Shown here: positions 18,987 through 29,103 of the stretch, in pieces | How the letters are laid out: each line of letters opens with the position of its first letter | Position numbering within the stretch: the first letter of the stretch is position 1 | Assembly: GCA_044237845.1 (NCBI GenBank) | Contig: JBIIEL010000007.1 | Coordinates: forward strand, 61 to 64,060 | Length of the DNA stretch: 64,000 nt | Direction: 5' to 3' | DNA from: Rickettsiales bacterium | GTDB lineage: Bacteria > Pseudomonadota > Alphaproteobacteria > Rickettsiales > UBA3002 | Made by a program: the position numbers and the translations under genes | The notes under the pieces: model-generated | What the model saw: only the letters and a program-made list of their open reading frames with translations | Databases searched by the model: none | What the model was told of the DNA's origin: nothing

Positions 18987-21767
18987 TTACGCCTGTTTGC
19001 GCGTGCGTTTTTTCTTATCCGGCGCAATAAGGGGGGCGGTGAGTTGCTGGTAGAGGGTGAATAGGTATTCGATGCGTTCGCGCTCACTGGTGAAAGCGGC
19101 TTTGCGGTAGGCGACATCTACGGCTTTGTCGAGGGCTTGATGGGCTTTTAGCAGTGGCGGCGGCATGGTGAGTGGGTCGTAGAGATCAGCCAGCGTGGAG
19201 TTTGGGAACTGTGCGCGTGCATCCAGCACCGCTTGCGCTTTTTCCTCAATCGCCTTCACCTGTGCATCGCTTGGCGCGGCTGGCCATGGGAAATTGTTAT
19301 ACACGAGCGTGTTAGAATAACGATAATCGCTTTTCAACCTGCCGCACACATAGCGCATCCAATCCATGTGCATTAGCGAGGTGAGTATGCCGAAATGGTA
19401 GAGCGTGGCGTTGGGGATGATAAGGCAGAGGTTGCTGGCAATAACATCGCGGCTAAAAATATCCATCGGCACATATAAGCGCCTTTCAGAAGAAACGGAC
19501 GGGATGATGATATAACCCGTTTCTTCGTGGCTAATAAAGCCAAACAGTTAGGGAGTGCTCGCCAGCTCTCTGGTTACTAGCCGCGAACTCTCAAGTCTAT
19601 TTTTTCTGACATATTCCAGCCTCTCAATAATAGGCTTGACATTGCGGTAAGCTGTCGGAGAAACATTTTTAAGCCACAAGCAATAACGCACAGAGCCGTT
19701 AATCAATTCTTCTGCGCCAACGAATTTACGAATCAGCGGAGCGGCATCTGGATAATGCGATACTATATCGTTTTTTTCCTGCTCACTTAAAATCAAGCCA
19801 CCACCATCAATAGGCTGATTGCCAAATTTGATTTCAGGAACATTACACAGCGGCTTGCTGCGTTTAACGATAACAGTGTTCCCTGCATCCACCAGATAGG
19901 GGTTGATGTTTTTGGCACTCAAGCGGTGCGGGTCAGCAGTGATGGTTTCGTAATCAAACAACCATTTTTCTTCAGGCTCATATGCTGCAAAGCCAACAAT
20001 CACGCAATATACGGCGGCGAGACGCATGCCCTTCGCCTTCTTTTCGTCAATCGTCCATTTGAAAGTGCGATGGGCAAAGTGAATATGGATGCCGTAACGC
20101 GATAGCATGGGCTGCCATAGAACGCCAGCTTGTTCACCCTGCGTGATGGAATTGGTGGAAACAAACGCCACTTTAATGCGCGTACCTTGAATATATTGTG
20201 CCGCTTTCCAATACCACGCCGTGACGTAATCCAGCACTCCAGCGCCCTTAATGTCGCCAAAGACTGCCACAAGATCTGCACGTTGCGTTTCATTCTGATA
20301 TTTTGAGCCCACAAACGGCGGATTGCCCAGCATGTAGCTGAGTTTGCTCGGCGCGATAACATCTTTCCAACCGGTCGTCAGCGCGTTACCATGGGTGATG
20401 TTGGCTGATTTTTTGAGTGGTAGGCGCGTGAGTGCTTGCCCGAACGATTCCGAGAGCTTCATGTTCATCTGGTGGTCAGTCAGCCACATGGCTGCTTCGG
20501 CAATGTGCGCAGGGAATTCTTCAATCTCAATGCCGTAAAATTGGTCCACATCCACTTTGGAAAGCGTCTTTACATCCAGCTCTAGCTGACGTTTTGGGTA
20601 GAGTGCTTCCAGCACTTCCAGCTCCAGCAAGCGCAGCTCGCGGTATGCCAAAATCAAAAAGTTGCCGCAGCCGCAGGCAGGGTCAAAAAAAGTAAGCGTG
20701 CCAAGTTTGGTGTGGAATTTTTCAATCTGGCTTTTACGCTGCGTGGATTTGCTGTCGCGTATTTTCTCAAATTCTTCGCGCAGCTCATCCAGAAAAAGCG
20801 GGTGAATGGTTTTCAGGATATTGCGCTCAGAGGTGTAATGCGCGCCGCCTTTGCGCTGTTCTTCAGGCAGCATCACCATTTGAAATAGCGAGCCGAAAAG
20901 CGCAGGCGAGACCTTATTCCACTTAAAGCGGCAGCATTGCAGCAAGGCTTGGCGCATAGGCGCATCAAAACTGGGCGTGCGAATCAGGCCAGCGAACAGC
21001 TTGCCGTTTACATGCGGAAAATCGCGCAAATCTTCATCCAGCGTTTTCTGGCGTTTTTCGGGTGGTGTATCCAGAATTTCAAACAGGTGGATGAGGTTGG
21101 AGCCAAGGTCACGCCCATCCTCGCTGGTTTTGTTTTCGATGTAATGCAGGAAGCTATCGGGGTTAAAAATTCCCGTATCATCCGCAAACAGGCAGAACAT
21201 GAGGCGTACCAGCAGTTTTTCGAGATCAACACCCGTGTATCCGCTTTCTTCCAATCGTGCGTGCAGATTGCCCATGAGCGTTGCCGCTTCAATGTTCACC
21301 TCGGGCTGGTCTTTATATTGCTCAAGGTGATACCCTGCCACGAAGCCGAAATGACGGATATTGTCGGGCAGTTCGCTGAGAGAAAATGCGTATTCCTCAT
21401 TCGTTTCTAAATCGAGTAGCTCAAAACTTTGGAAATCGGAGAGCAAAATGTAGCGTGGGCGTTCGTAGTCCTTTAGGGCAAGGTAGTAATCGGTTGCCTG
21501 TGCGCGTGCTTTGGCAAGGTTGCGCCCTTGTGATTTTTGCTCCACCAACAGCGTGCCCGGCCAAAACAGGTCGATGAATCCCTGATTGCTGCTGGCAAGT
21601 TTCACGCGCTTTTCAAAATAGATATTCACGTCACGCGGCTTTTGCCCGAACACCTCGAAAAATTGATGATAAAACTGCCCCGTATCGCCTTTTTCATAGC
21701 CGCGCCCCTGCCACTCTTCGGCAAATCGTCCTGCGCGTGCGCGTATTTCGTTCCAGCTCAATGGCAT
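18987..21767 (-). pseudogene. MmeI-like type IIL (IIG) bifunctional restriction endonuclease/N6-adenine methyltransferase, interrupted by one in-frame TAA
   Basis: The N-terminus MPLSWNEIRARA...FFEVFG and DLFWPG...LVEQKS (nuclease), FFDPACGCGNFL, and GNPPFVGSKYQ (motif IV) match my recollection of MmeI. The stop at 19548-19550 (complement) is followed in the same frame by LFGFISHEETGYIIIPSVSSERRLYVPMDIF..., which aligns with MmeI ...STPMKFFYISQP..LLIPETSSENRQFIP. Confidence 0.85.
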
Positions 21768-21900
21768 AAGGCAGCTTTTATTGGTGTTAATTTTCTGCCT
21801 ACAACATATCACGACACTCCAACATTACTAGCCTTTGATGGCAAAAATATCTCATACATTGTATGAAGTTAGTGTTTCATCTCATCGGCGAAAATATTTC

Positions 21901-23418
21901 ATGGTACAAAGTCCTACTATAATATGGTTCAAGCGCGACTTGCGGGTGAGTGATCATGCACCACTTGCGGGTGCGGCGAAGGCTGGGCGAGTGCTGCCGC
22001 TCTACATTGTTGAGCCGGAACTTTGGAAACTCCCCGATAGTTCACGCCGTCACTGGCATTTTATTCATGATAGCCTGCTTGATTTACAGCGTGATCTGGC
22101 AGCACTGGGTGCGCAGCTTATTATTCGTATCGGGGAAGCGCCCGAAGTTCTGGAACAACTACGCCATGAGCTCGGCTCATTCACGCTTTGGTCGCATGAA
22201 GAAACCGGCAATGGCTGGACGTATAAACGCGATGTTATAGTTGCAGAGTGGTGCCGCACTCATAGCATTATCTGGCATGAGCTGCCATCTAACGGCGTAG
22301 TGCGGCGCTTAAAAAGTCGTGATGGGTGGGCTAAGTTGCGCGATGAGCGAATGAGTGCGCCTATCCTGCCTATTTCGCACTTTACCTCCAGAGTGGAGGG
22401 GATTGTGTCGCACCCACTGCCAGATAAAAATGATCTGATGTTTGGTGATGCGAACATTGGCTCTGTACAGGCTGGAGGTCGTAAAGAGGCACTTAAAACG
22501 CTGGAATCATTTTTGAAAGAGCGTGGCCGAAATTACATGCAGAGCATTTCAAAACCTGGCGTTTCAGCGCGTCACTGTTCGCGCCTCAGTGCGCATATTA
22601 CCTTTGGCACATTGTCAGTGCGTGAGGTGGAGCAGCCAACGAAGTCAAAGATGCAGTCGCTGGCGGGGAACCCTGATCCTGATGCCGCATTTTTCAGGCG
22701 CAATCTTTCGGCTTTCCTCTCGCGCCTTGCATGGCATTGCCATTTTATACAAAAGCTGGAGCAACAGCCGGACATTGAGTTCAAATGCATGCACCCCGCT
22801 TTTGAGGGCATGCGCGAGCCGCATTTTCGTGACGATTTCTTTGAGGCTTGGAAAACAGGACATACCGGCTATCCGCTGGTGGATGCGTGCATGCGCAGCT
22901 TACATGCCAACGGGTGGATCACGTTTCGCATGCGTGCCATGCTAGTATCATTTGCGAGTTATCATTTATGGCTGGACTGGCGAAAGACAGCACCATTCCT
23001 TGCACAGATGTTTACCGATTATGAGCCAGGCATTCACTATTCGCAGTTTCAGATGCAATCGGGGGTGACGGGGATCAATGCGGTGCGGATGTATAACCCA
23101 ATCAAGCAATCGCTCGATCATGACCCGCAGGGAAAGTTTATCCGCCGCTATGTGCCTGAGCTTAAAGCTGTGCCGGATGGTTTTATTCACGAGCCATGGC
23201 TTATGGATGCGCCACCTTCACATTATCCTGCGCCAATTGTCGAACATGAAGCGACTATTAAACATGCCCGCGGGGAAATCTCTAAACGCTGGAAACAAGA
23301 GGGTTTCAAAGAGAAATCAAAGACGGTGAACCAGAAATTAGGGAGCCGGAGTAAACAGCCTGTTCGAAACAAGAAACCGAAGAAAATCACATCCGAGCAA
23401 CTTGCACTTGACCTGTAG
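21901..23418 (+). CDS. Cryptochrome/photolyase family flavoprotein, full-length (divergent subclass), with a Lys-rich C-terminal tail
   Basis: N-terminal [16 protein letters not shown] (photolyase alpha/beta domain). FAD domain motifs: [46 protein letters not shown] at 21901 is preferred over the track start at 21835. Confidence 0.85.
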   Translation: MVQSPTIIWFKRDLRVSDHAPLAGAAKAGRVLPLYIVEPELWKLPDSSRRHWHFIHDSLLDLQRDLAALGAQLIIRIGEAPEVLEQLRHELGSFTLWSHEETGNGWTYKRDVIVAEWCRTHSIIWHELPSNGVVRRLKSRDGWAKLRDERMSAPILPISHFTSRVEGIVSHPLPDKNDLMFGDANIGSVQAGGRKEALKTLESFLKERGRNYMQSISKPGVSARHCSRLSAHITFGTLSVREVEQPTKSKMQSLAGNPDPDAAFFRRNLSAFLSRLAWHCHFIQKLEQQPDIEFKCMHPAFEGMREPHFRDDFFEAWKTGHTGYPLVDACMRSLHANGWITFRMRAMLVSFASYHLWLDWRKTAPFLAQMFTDYEPGIHYSQFQMQSGVTGINAVRMYNPIKQSLDHDPQGKFIRRYVPELKAVPDGFIHEPWLMDAPPSHYPAPIVEHEATIKHARGEISKRWKQEGFKEKSKTVNQKLGSRSKQPVRNKKPKKITSEQLALDL

Positions 23419-23431
23419 TTGGGCGACCGCG

Positions 23432-23872
23432 CTACCAGTGCCCCGTATTTTTCATGGAAGCCCAAGGCTCCATAGGCGGCAAACGATCACCTGCTTGCAA
23501 CAGCTCAATCGAAATATTATCGGGCGAACGCACAAATGCCATGTGACCATCTCGCGGGGGGCGATTAATAGTTACACCATTATCCATCAGCAGCTTGCAG
23601 CTTTCGTAGACATTATCCACGCGGTAGGCGAGGTGACCAAAATTACGCCCCTCAGTGTATCCCTTCTCGTCCCAATTATGCGTGAGCTCCACTTGTGCAT
23701 CTTCATCACCAGGTGCGGCAAGGAAAATAAGCGTAAAACGCCCTGGCTCATTATCGATACGCCTTAATTCTTTAAGCCCAAGCAATTCAAAAAATGCAAT
23801 CGTTGCAGACAGATCACTCACACGTATCATAGTATGGAGATATTTCACTGTTTTCGGCTTTCTACTTAACAC
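23432..23872 (-). CDS. gloA: Lactoylglutathione lyase (glyoxalase I)
   Basis: 146 aa. YLHTMIRVSDL...ELTHNWD...GHLAYRVDNVYE...GHMAFVRSPDNISIELLQ is the typical GloA pattern. Confidence 0.85.
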   Translation of the reverse strand: MLSRKPKTVKYLHTMIRVSDLSATIAFFELLGLKELRRIDNEPGRFTLIFLAAPGDEDAQVELTHNWDEKGYTEGRNFGHLAYRVDNVYESCKLLMDNGVTINRPPRDGHMAFVRSPDNISIELLQAGDRLPPMEPWASMKNTGHW

Positions 23873-24377
23873 TTCGCATCACGAATACCATGATGATGCT
23901 ATAAAACATTACTCCACCAACAATTAGGTGTAGGTGGAAACGCTCCATAAAGGATTTGGCAACCGCTTCTTTAGCCCGTGTTAAAAGCTGCGGCCATGTG
24001 TAGGATACAAAATCGCCTTGTGACATGAGGTTGACTAATTTACCCTGCGAATCCACAACTGGTAAGTGACGAAAGCGCTCATTAGACATCACCCGCAGCC
24101 ATTCCACCACCTGGTCTTCTTCAGAAGCCAGCTTTAAATCCGATGTCATGATTTTAGATATTGGAGTGGTATTCGCATCCAGCCCTTTTGCAAGTAGTCG
24201 GCGCATGAAATCGCGCTCAGTAACTATACCAATGGGCTTGTTGTCGCCATCCACGATGACGCTTGCGCCATAATTCTTTTCTGACATCGCTTTAACAGCT
24301 TGAATCACCATATCATCAGGCGCAAATGCCATCACAGGTGCTTTGCTCTTAAACTCGATACGATCTTTAATTTTCAT
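23862..24377 (-). CDS. CBS-domain pair protein with a C-terminal transmembrane helix
   Basis: 171 aa. CBS-type repeats (VIVDGDNKPIGIVTERDFMRRL; LPVVDSQGKLVNLMSQGDF). Hydrophobic tail LIVGGVMFYSIIMVFVM. Confidence 0.75.
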   Translation of the reverse strand: MKIKDRIEFKSKAPVMAFAPDDMVIQAVKAMSEKNYGASVIVDGDNKPIGIVTERDFMRRLLAKGLDANTTPISKIMTSDLKLASEEDQVVEWLRVMSNERFRHLPVVDSQGKLVNLMSQGDFVSYTWPQLLTRAKEAVAKSFMERFHLHLIVGGVMFYSIIMVFVMRSVK

Positions 24378-24443
24378 AAAAAAGCTCCTTTATGTTCAAT
24401 TGGATTATTAGTATGTTTCTAAAAACAAAACAAGGATATAACT

Positions 24444-25142
24444 ATGGCGCATTTTTTAGTGATTGCAGCAAGCAGCGGTATTGGCCAGGCAGTCGTTTCA
24501 TTGCTTAAAGAAGCAGATCACAGCGTGTTCACCACCGCGCGTGATACGACAAAAATCACACCCGACGCAACACTGGATGCGACCGATTTTGATGCGGTAG
24601 ATAGCGTATTCAAGCAGGCAGGCGAACTGGATGGCGTGGTAAATTGCAGCGGTTCATTACTGCTTAAATCGGCACATTTGACGAGCAAAGAGCAATATCA
24701 GGCGGTGGTTGATGCTTCGCTAACCACTGCATTTGCAACGGTTCGCGGAGCTGGCAAGCATATGAATAAGGGCGGTTCGGTGGTACTGGTTTCTTCCGCT
24801 GCGGCGATGGAAGGGCTTGCCAACCATGAGGCGATTGCAGCGGCAAAAGCGGGCATACTTGGCCTCACACTTTCAGCCGCCGCAACCTATGCGCCGATGA
24901 ATCTACGCGTGAATGCTGTTGCGCCTGGGCTTACGGAAACACCTCTGACCGCTGCGCTTACTGGCAGCGAAACGTCGCGTAAATTCTCGGAAGCCATGCA
25001 TGCCCTTGGGCGGCTGGGAAAACCAGAAGATGTGGCACGAGCGATTGTGTTTTTGCTTGATCCACAAAATAGCTGGATTACGGGGCAAGTGCTGGCAGTG
25101 GATGGTGGTCTTTCGCGTGTGCGTCCAAAGATGAAAGGGTAA
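24444..25142 (+). CDS. Short-chain dehydrogenase/reductase family protein (atypical)
   Basis: 232 aa. Cofactor loop AASSGIGQA, NCSG, and RVNAVAPGLTETPL. The expected catalytic YxxxK reads IAAAK in my by-eye alignment. Confidence 0.75.
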   Translation: MAHFLVIAASSGIGQAVVSLLKEADHSVFTTARDTTKITPDATLDATDFDAVDSVFKQAGELDGVVNCSGSLLLKSAHLTSKEQYQAVVDASLTTAFATVRGAGKHMNKGGSVVLVSSAAAMEGLANHEAIAAAKAGILGLTLSAAATYAPMNLRVNAVAPGLTETPLTAALTGSETSRKFSEAMHALGRLGKPEDVARAIVFLLDPQNSWITGQVLAVDGGLSRVRPKMKG

Positions 25143-25145
25143 TGT

Positions 25146-25709
25146 ATGTTTAAAAAGCTATTAAGGGTTATATTTATGTCACTACTCTCTTTGAATTCAG
25201 CGCAAGCAGCCGATAAAGTTACGAAAACGGCCTATGATTTTTCTTTCAAGAAACTCATAGGCGAAGAACCGATGCCGCTTGAAGCATTTAAGGGCAAAGT
25301 GCTTTTGATTGTCAATACGGCTTCGCAGTGTGGTTTTACGCCTCAGTATGAAGGGTTAGAAAAAATTTATGAGAAATACAAAGATCAAGGGCTAGAGGTT
25401 ATCGGTGTTCCCAGCAATGATTTTGGTGCACAAGAACCGGGCGATAACAAAGAAATCGCCAATTTTTGCAAACTGAATTACGGTGTAAGCTTCCCGATGG
25501 CATCGAAAGAAGTTGTTTCTGGTGATTCAGCGCACCCATTTTACAAATGGGCTAAAAGTGAGTTAGGTTTTGGAACAGCACCTAAATGGAATTTTCATAA
25601 ATACTTGGTTAATCGTCAGGGGAAACTGGTTGATTATTTCAACTCCACGACTAGTCCTGATTCGTCACGACTCGTTGAGGCTGTTGAGAAGGCGCTTCAG
25701 GAGCAATGA
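25146..25709 (+). CDS. Glutathione peroxidase (Cys-type), with a signal peptide
   Basis: Motifs NTASQCGFTPQYEGLE and GVPSNDFGAQEPG. The N-terminus MFKKLLRVIFMSLLSLNSAQA looks like a signal peptide. Confidence 0.88.
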   Translation: MFKKLLRVIFMSLLSLNSAQAADKVTKTAYDFSFKKLIGEEPMPLEAFKGKVLLIVNTASQCGFTPQYEGLEKIYEKYKDQGLEVIGVPSNDFGAQEPGDNKEIANFCKLNYGVSFPMASKEVVSGDSAHPFYKWAKSELGFGTAPKWNFHKYLVNRQGKLVDYFNSTTSPDSSRLVEAVEKALQEQ

Positions 25710-27247
25710 AATCTGTCCTTCGCCTTATTCTCGCCGATCAGCTTTCTGAGTCTATTGCTTCGCTGCAGGGTTTAGACAAAGCGAATGATACCGTCATGTT
25801 TTGCGAGGTGATTTGCGAGGCGACGTACGTCCCGCATCACCCAAAAAAAATCGCCTATTTATTTTCTGCCATGCGCCATTTTGCAGCGGATCTGGAATCG
25901 AATGGTGTGCGTGTGCGATATGTGAAGTTGGATGATGCAAAAAATACAGGCAGTTTGACGAGTGAAGTGCGAAGAGTGTTTTTGGAACTCAAGCCAGAAA
26001 AAATAATCGTCACGGAAGCAAGCGAATACCGCGTACTTAAAATGATGCGATCATGGCAGCAGCTGCTTTGCATTTCAGTTGAGATTTTGCCTGATACTCG
26101 TTTTCTTGCTACACACGCAGAGTTTTCAGTATGGGCAAAGGGTAAGAAACAACTCCGCATGGAGTTTTTTTACCGCGAGATGCGTAAGAAATACTCGATT
26201 CTGATAGATCCTGATGGCAAGCCCACCGGAGGCGAGTGGAACTACGATAAAGAAAACCGCAAGCCCCCAAAAGCAGGTATGCAATCACCACCACGCATAA
26301 GCCACAGAAAATCATCCACAACAAAAGAAGTGCTGGTATTGGTAAAAGAGCGTTTCAGCCACCATTTCGGGACGCTCGAGCCGTTTCACTATGCCGTCAC
26401 ACGTGCGCAAGCATTGATAGAACTGGAGCATTTCATTACGCATTTGCTCCCAAACTTCGGCGATTATCAGGATGCGATGGTGGCCGGTGAGCCGTATCTC
26501 TATCATTCGCTTATTTCCAGCTACCTGAATGCGGGACTGCTGTTGCCGCTGGAGATATGCCGTATGGCGGAGGCGGCTTACCTTGCAGGAAAAGCGCCGC
26601 TGAATGCCGTGGAGGGGTTTATCCGCCAGATTTTGGGTTGGCGAGAGTACATACGGGGCATTTACTGGCACTTCATGCCTGAATATGGCGAGCGCAATAC
26701 GCTGAATGCCACCCGCCCGCTGCCCGATTTTTACTGGGGCGCAAATACGCATATGTTTTGTGTGGAAGAAAGTGTGCGCCACACACACGATCACGCCTAT
26801 TCGCATCATATTCAAAGGTTGATGATTACTGGCAATTTTGCATTGTTGGCAGGTCTGGATGTGAAGGCGGTACAGGCATGGTATCTGGCAGTGTATTCCG
26901 ATGCGTATGAATGGGTAGAAATGCCAAATACGCTGGGTATGGCGCTATTTGGTGATGGCGGCGTGGTAGCCAGCAAACCCTATGCAGCAAGCGGTAAATA
27001 CATTCACCGCATGAGCAATTATTGCAAAAAATGCAAATATGACCCTGATGAAATGACAGGCGAAAAAGCCTGCCCTTTTAATGCGCTGTACTGGGATTTT
27101 CTGGTGCGTCACGAAGATAAATTTCGTTGTAATCAGCGCATGCCTTATGTGTTTTCTACTTGGGATAAATTTGCGCCCGACAAGCAACAAGCAATTCGCA
27201 CGCAAGCAGCCTATACACTTCAAAAAATGGCCGAGGGAACATTATGA
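25706..27247 (+). CDS. FeS-BCP / PhrB-type (6-4) photolyase family protein
   Basis: 513 aa. The N-terminus LRLILADQL...HHPKKIAYLFSAMRHFA is typical of COG3046/PhrB. The C-terminal Cys pattern YCKKCKYDPDEMTGEKACPF (C-x2-C-x12-C) plus an upstream Cys is consistent with the 4Fe-4S site. Confidence 0.85.
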   Translation: MKSVLRLILADQLSESIASLQGLDKANDTVMFCEVICEATYVPHHPKKIAYLFSAMRHFAADLESNGVRVRYVKLDDAKNTGSLTSEVRRVFLELKPEKIIVTEASEYRVLKMMRSWQQLLCISVEILPDTRFLATHAEFSVWAKGKKQLRMEFFYREMRKKYSILIDPDGKPTGGEWNYDKENRKPPKAGMQSPPRISHRKSSTTKEVLVLVKERFSHHFGTLEPFHYAVTRAQALIELEHFITHLLPNFGDYQDAMVAGEPYLYHSLISSYLNAGLLLPLEICRMAEAAYLAGKAPLNAVEGFIRQILGWREYIRGIYWHFMPEYGERNTLNATRPLPDFYWGANTHMFCVEESVRHTHDHAYSHHIQRLMITGNFALLAGLDVKAVQAWYLAVYSDAYEWVEMPNTLGMALFGDGGVVASKPYAASGKYIHRMSNYCKKCKYDPDEMTGEKACPFNALYWDFLVRHEDKFRCNQRMPYVFSTWDKFAPDKQQAIRTQAAYTLQKMAEGTL

Positions 27248-27627
27248 TTACCGTATTTTATGATGGCAAATGCGGCCTGTGTAGGCGAGAGATTGGTCAT
27301 TACAAGCACATTGCACCTCAGGACGTATTTGAATGGGTGGATATTACCGTTGATGCATCCGCTACACAAAGGCTGGGAATTAGCTATGCTGATGGATTAA
27401 AGCTACTCCACGCACAAGATTCACAAGGAAAACTGCATGTTGGTGTGGATGCTTTTATCCTGATATGGCGTCAGATACCGCGTTGGCGGGTATTGGCAGC
27501 CATAGTCGGCGCTGGTTTTATTCGCCCTGTTGCGAACATAGCTTACAAAGCTTTCGCTGCATGGCGTTTTAATCGGCTTGCCCATTGCAAAATAGCACTA
27601 AAAGCGGATGATATGGCTAGAAAATAA
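27244..27627 (+). CDS. DCC-family thiol-disulfide oxidoreductase (DUF393)
   Basis: The N-terminus TVFYDGKCGLCRREI carries the DxxCxxC signature. ATGA overlap with the upstream gene. Confidence 0.8.
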   Translation: MITVFYDGKCGLCRREIGHYKHIAPQDVFEWVDITVDASATQRLGISYADGLKLLHAQDSQGKLHVGVDAFILIWRQIPRWRVLAAIVGAGFIRPVANIAYKAFAAWRFNRLAHCKIALKADDMARK

Positions 27628-27637
27628 AGGAACTTCT

Positions 27638-27946
27638 ATGACAAAAACACTCGATCATATTCATCATATTGCCATACAGGTTCAGGATGTAGAGCAATCC
27701 GTTGCGTGGTACACATCCAACTTTAGCTGCGAAGTTGCCTATCACGATGTAAGCTGGGCATTGCTGACCTTTGAAAATATTTCACTTGCCCTAGTTCTCC
27801 CCAATCAGCACCCGCCGCATTTTGCCATAACCCGCGACGATGTAACACCATTTGGCACTCCTGTACCGCACCGTGACGGCACAAGCTCGGTCTATATTCA
27901 AGACACCAGCGGTAATAATATCGAAATGCTGAAGCTGGCAGATTAA
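27638..27946 (+). CDS. VOC (glyoxalase/bleomycin-resistance/dioxygenase) family protein
   Basis: 102 aa. LDHIHHIAIQVQDVEQSVAWY and a C-terminal YIQDTSGNNIEML. ATG at 27638 follows AAAGGAA. Confidence 0.7.
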   Translation: MTKTLDHIHHIAIQVQDVEQSVAWYTSNFSCEVAYHDVSWALLTFENISLALVLPNQHPPHFAITRDDVTPFGTPVPHRDGTSSVYIQDTSGNNIEMLKLAD

Positions 27947-27948
27947 AC

Positions 27949-28314
27949 ATGACAGGAGAGAAAAACGTATTAGGCGGAGAACTAGCGCTGCACTGCCATT
28001 CACCCAAAACGGGTTTTTACCGCGATGGTTATTGTCGCACAGGTGAGGCAGATACGGGTAGTCATGTGGTTGCAGCGATTGTGACAGATGAATTTCTGGA
28101 ATTCACCAAATCACGCGGTAATGACCTTCAAATACCTCGACCTATGTGTGATTTTCTGGGACTTAAAGCAGGAGACCGCTGGTGTTTATGTGCACTACGT
28201 TGGCGTGAAGCGCATGATGCTGGCGTTGCGCCGCCGGTCGTGCTGGAAGCCTGCCACGAGAAAACCTTGAAATATATTCCTCTCGAAACCTTAAAGAAAT
28301 ATCAAAAGCCGTAA
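27949..28314 (+). CDS. DUF2237 family protein
   Basis: 121 aa. NVLGGELALHC..PKTGFYRDGYCRTG..D.G.H.V.A..T.EFL.F....GNDL....P.....L..GDRWCLC..RW matches my recollection of DUF2237. Confidence 0.7.
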   Translation: MTGEKNVLGGELALHCHSPKTGFYRDGYCRTGEADTGSHVVAAIVTDEFLEFTKSRGNDLQIPRPMCDFLGLKAGDRWCLCALRWREAHDAGVAPPVVLEACHEKTLKYIPLETLKKYQKP

Positions 28315-29103
28315 ATGGAAGTTTTGCAAAAACAATTCGATGATAGAGAAAGCCTGATTACCCATGTGAAGGCGCTTGCGGCTTGGGCGGAAGGAGAGCG
28401 CAGCTATATTCAGGGCGGCAGGCAAAAAGCAGATATGAAGCTCGTCAATATCGATCCTATTGCGTATGCACGTACGCGCAATCATGGCGATGGAAAAATT
28501 ACTCGACTTTCCCCCTACATTCATCACGGCATTATGAGCTTAAACGAGGTGCGTAACCACGCGCTGACAAAATGCAGCGAGCCGGTGCAGATCACCAAAT
28601 TCATTCAGGAGCTGGCTTGGCGTGATTTCTGGCAGCGTATTTTAGTGCAGCATCCGCAGTGGGCATGGGAGGATGCAGAGCCCTATAAAACAGGCTTTAC
28701 CGCCCAGGATTATGCGAATGTACTGCCAGATGATATAGCGCAGGGAAAAACAGGCGTTACCTGCATTGATGCTTTCATCCATGAGCTCACGGCAACGGGT
28801 TACATCCATAACCACGCTCGTATGTACCTAGCAAGTTATCTTGTGCATTTCCGCCGTATTAAGTGGCAAATAGGCGCACGCTGGTTTTTACAGCATCTGC
28901 TGGATGGGGACCTGGCAAGTAACAATCTCTCGTGGCAATGGGTAGCGAGCACTTTCAGCCATAAGCCGTATATTTTTAACCTTGAAAACGTCGATAAATA
29001 TTTCAGCAAGCAGGTCGATACTTCACCGCTTACGAATCAGACACTTCATGCCAGCTATGAAACACTTCAGGCCAGACTATTTCCGAATGTGAGGACAGCA
29101 TGA
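28315..29103 (+). CDS. Stand-alone photolyase FAD-binding (C-terminal) domain protein
   Basis: 262 aa. Motifs ITRLSPYIHHGIMS, ELAWRDFWQRI, GKTGVTCIDAFIHELTATGYIHNHARMYLASYL and LLDGDLASNNLSWQWVAS. No N-terminal alpha/beta domain is present in this ORF. Confidence 0.8.
   Translation: MEVLQKQFDDRESLITHVKALAAWAEGERSYIQGGRQKADMKLVNIDPIAYARTRNHGDGKITRLSPYIHHGIMSLNEVRNHALTKCSEPVQITKFIQELAWRDFWQRILVQHPQWAWEDAEPYKTGFTAQDYANVLPDDIAQGKTGVTCIDAFIHELTATGYIHNHARMYLASYLVHFRRIKWQIGARWFLQHLLDGDLASNNLSWQWVASTFSHKPYIFNLENVDKYFSKQVDTSPLTNQTLHASYETLQARLFPNVRTA

Larger units (their letters stand above)
14510..21830. mobile_element. Degraded tRNA-adjacent integrative element (P4/PICI-like replication module plus RM cargo); no integrase seen
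   Basis: It starts right after tRNA-fMet. It carries an AlpA-type HTH, a primase Zn-like domain, a Toprim-DUF3987 gene (frameshifted), iteron-like heptamers and an MmeI-like RM gene (nonsense). The outer boundary is uncertain and may extend to 37083. Confidence 0.5.
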
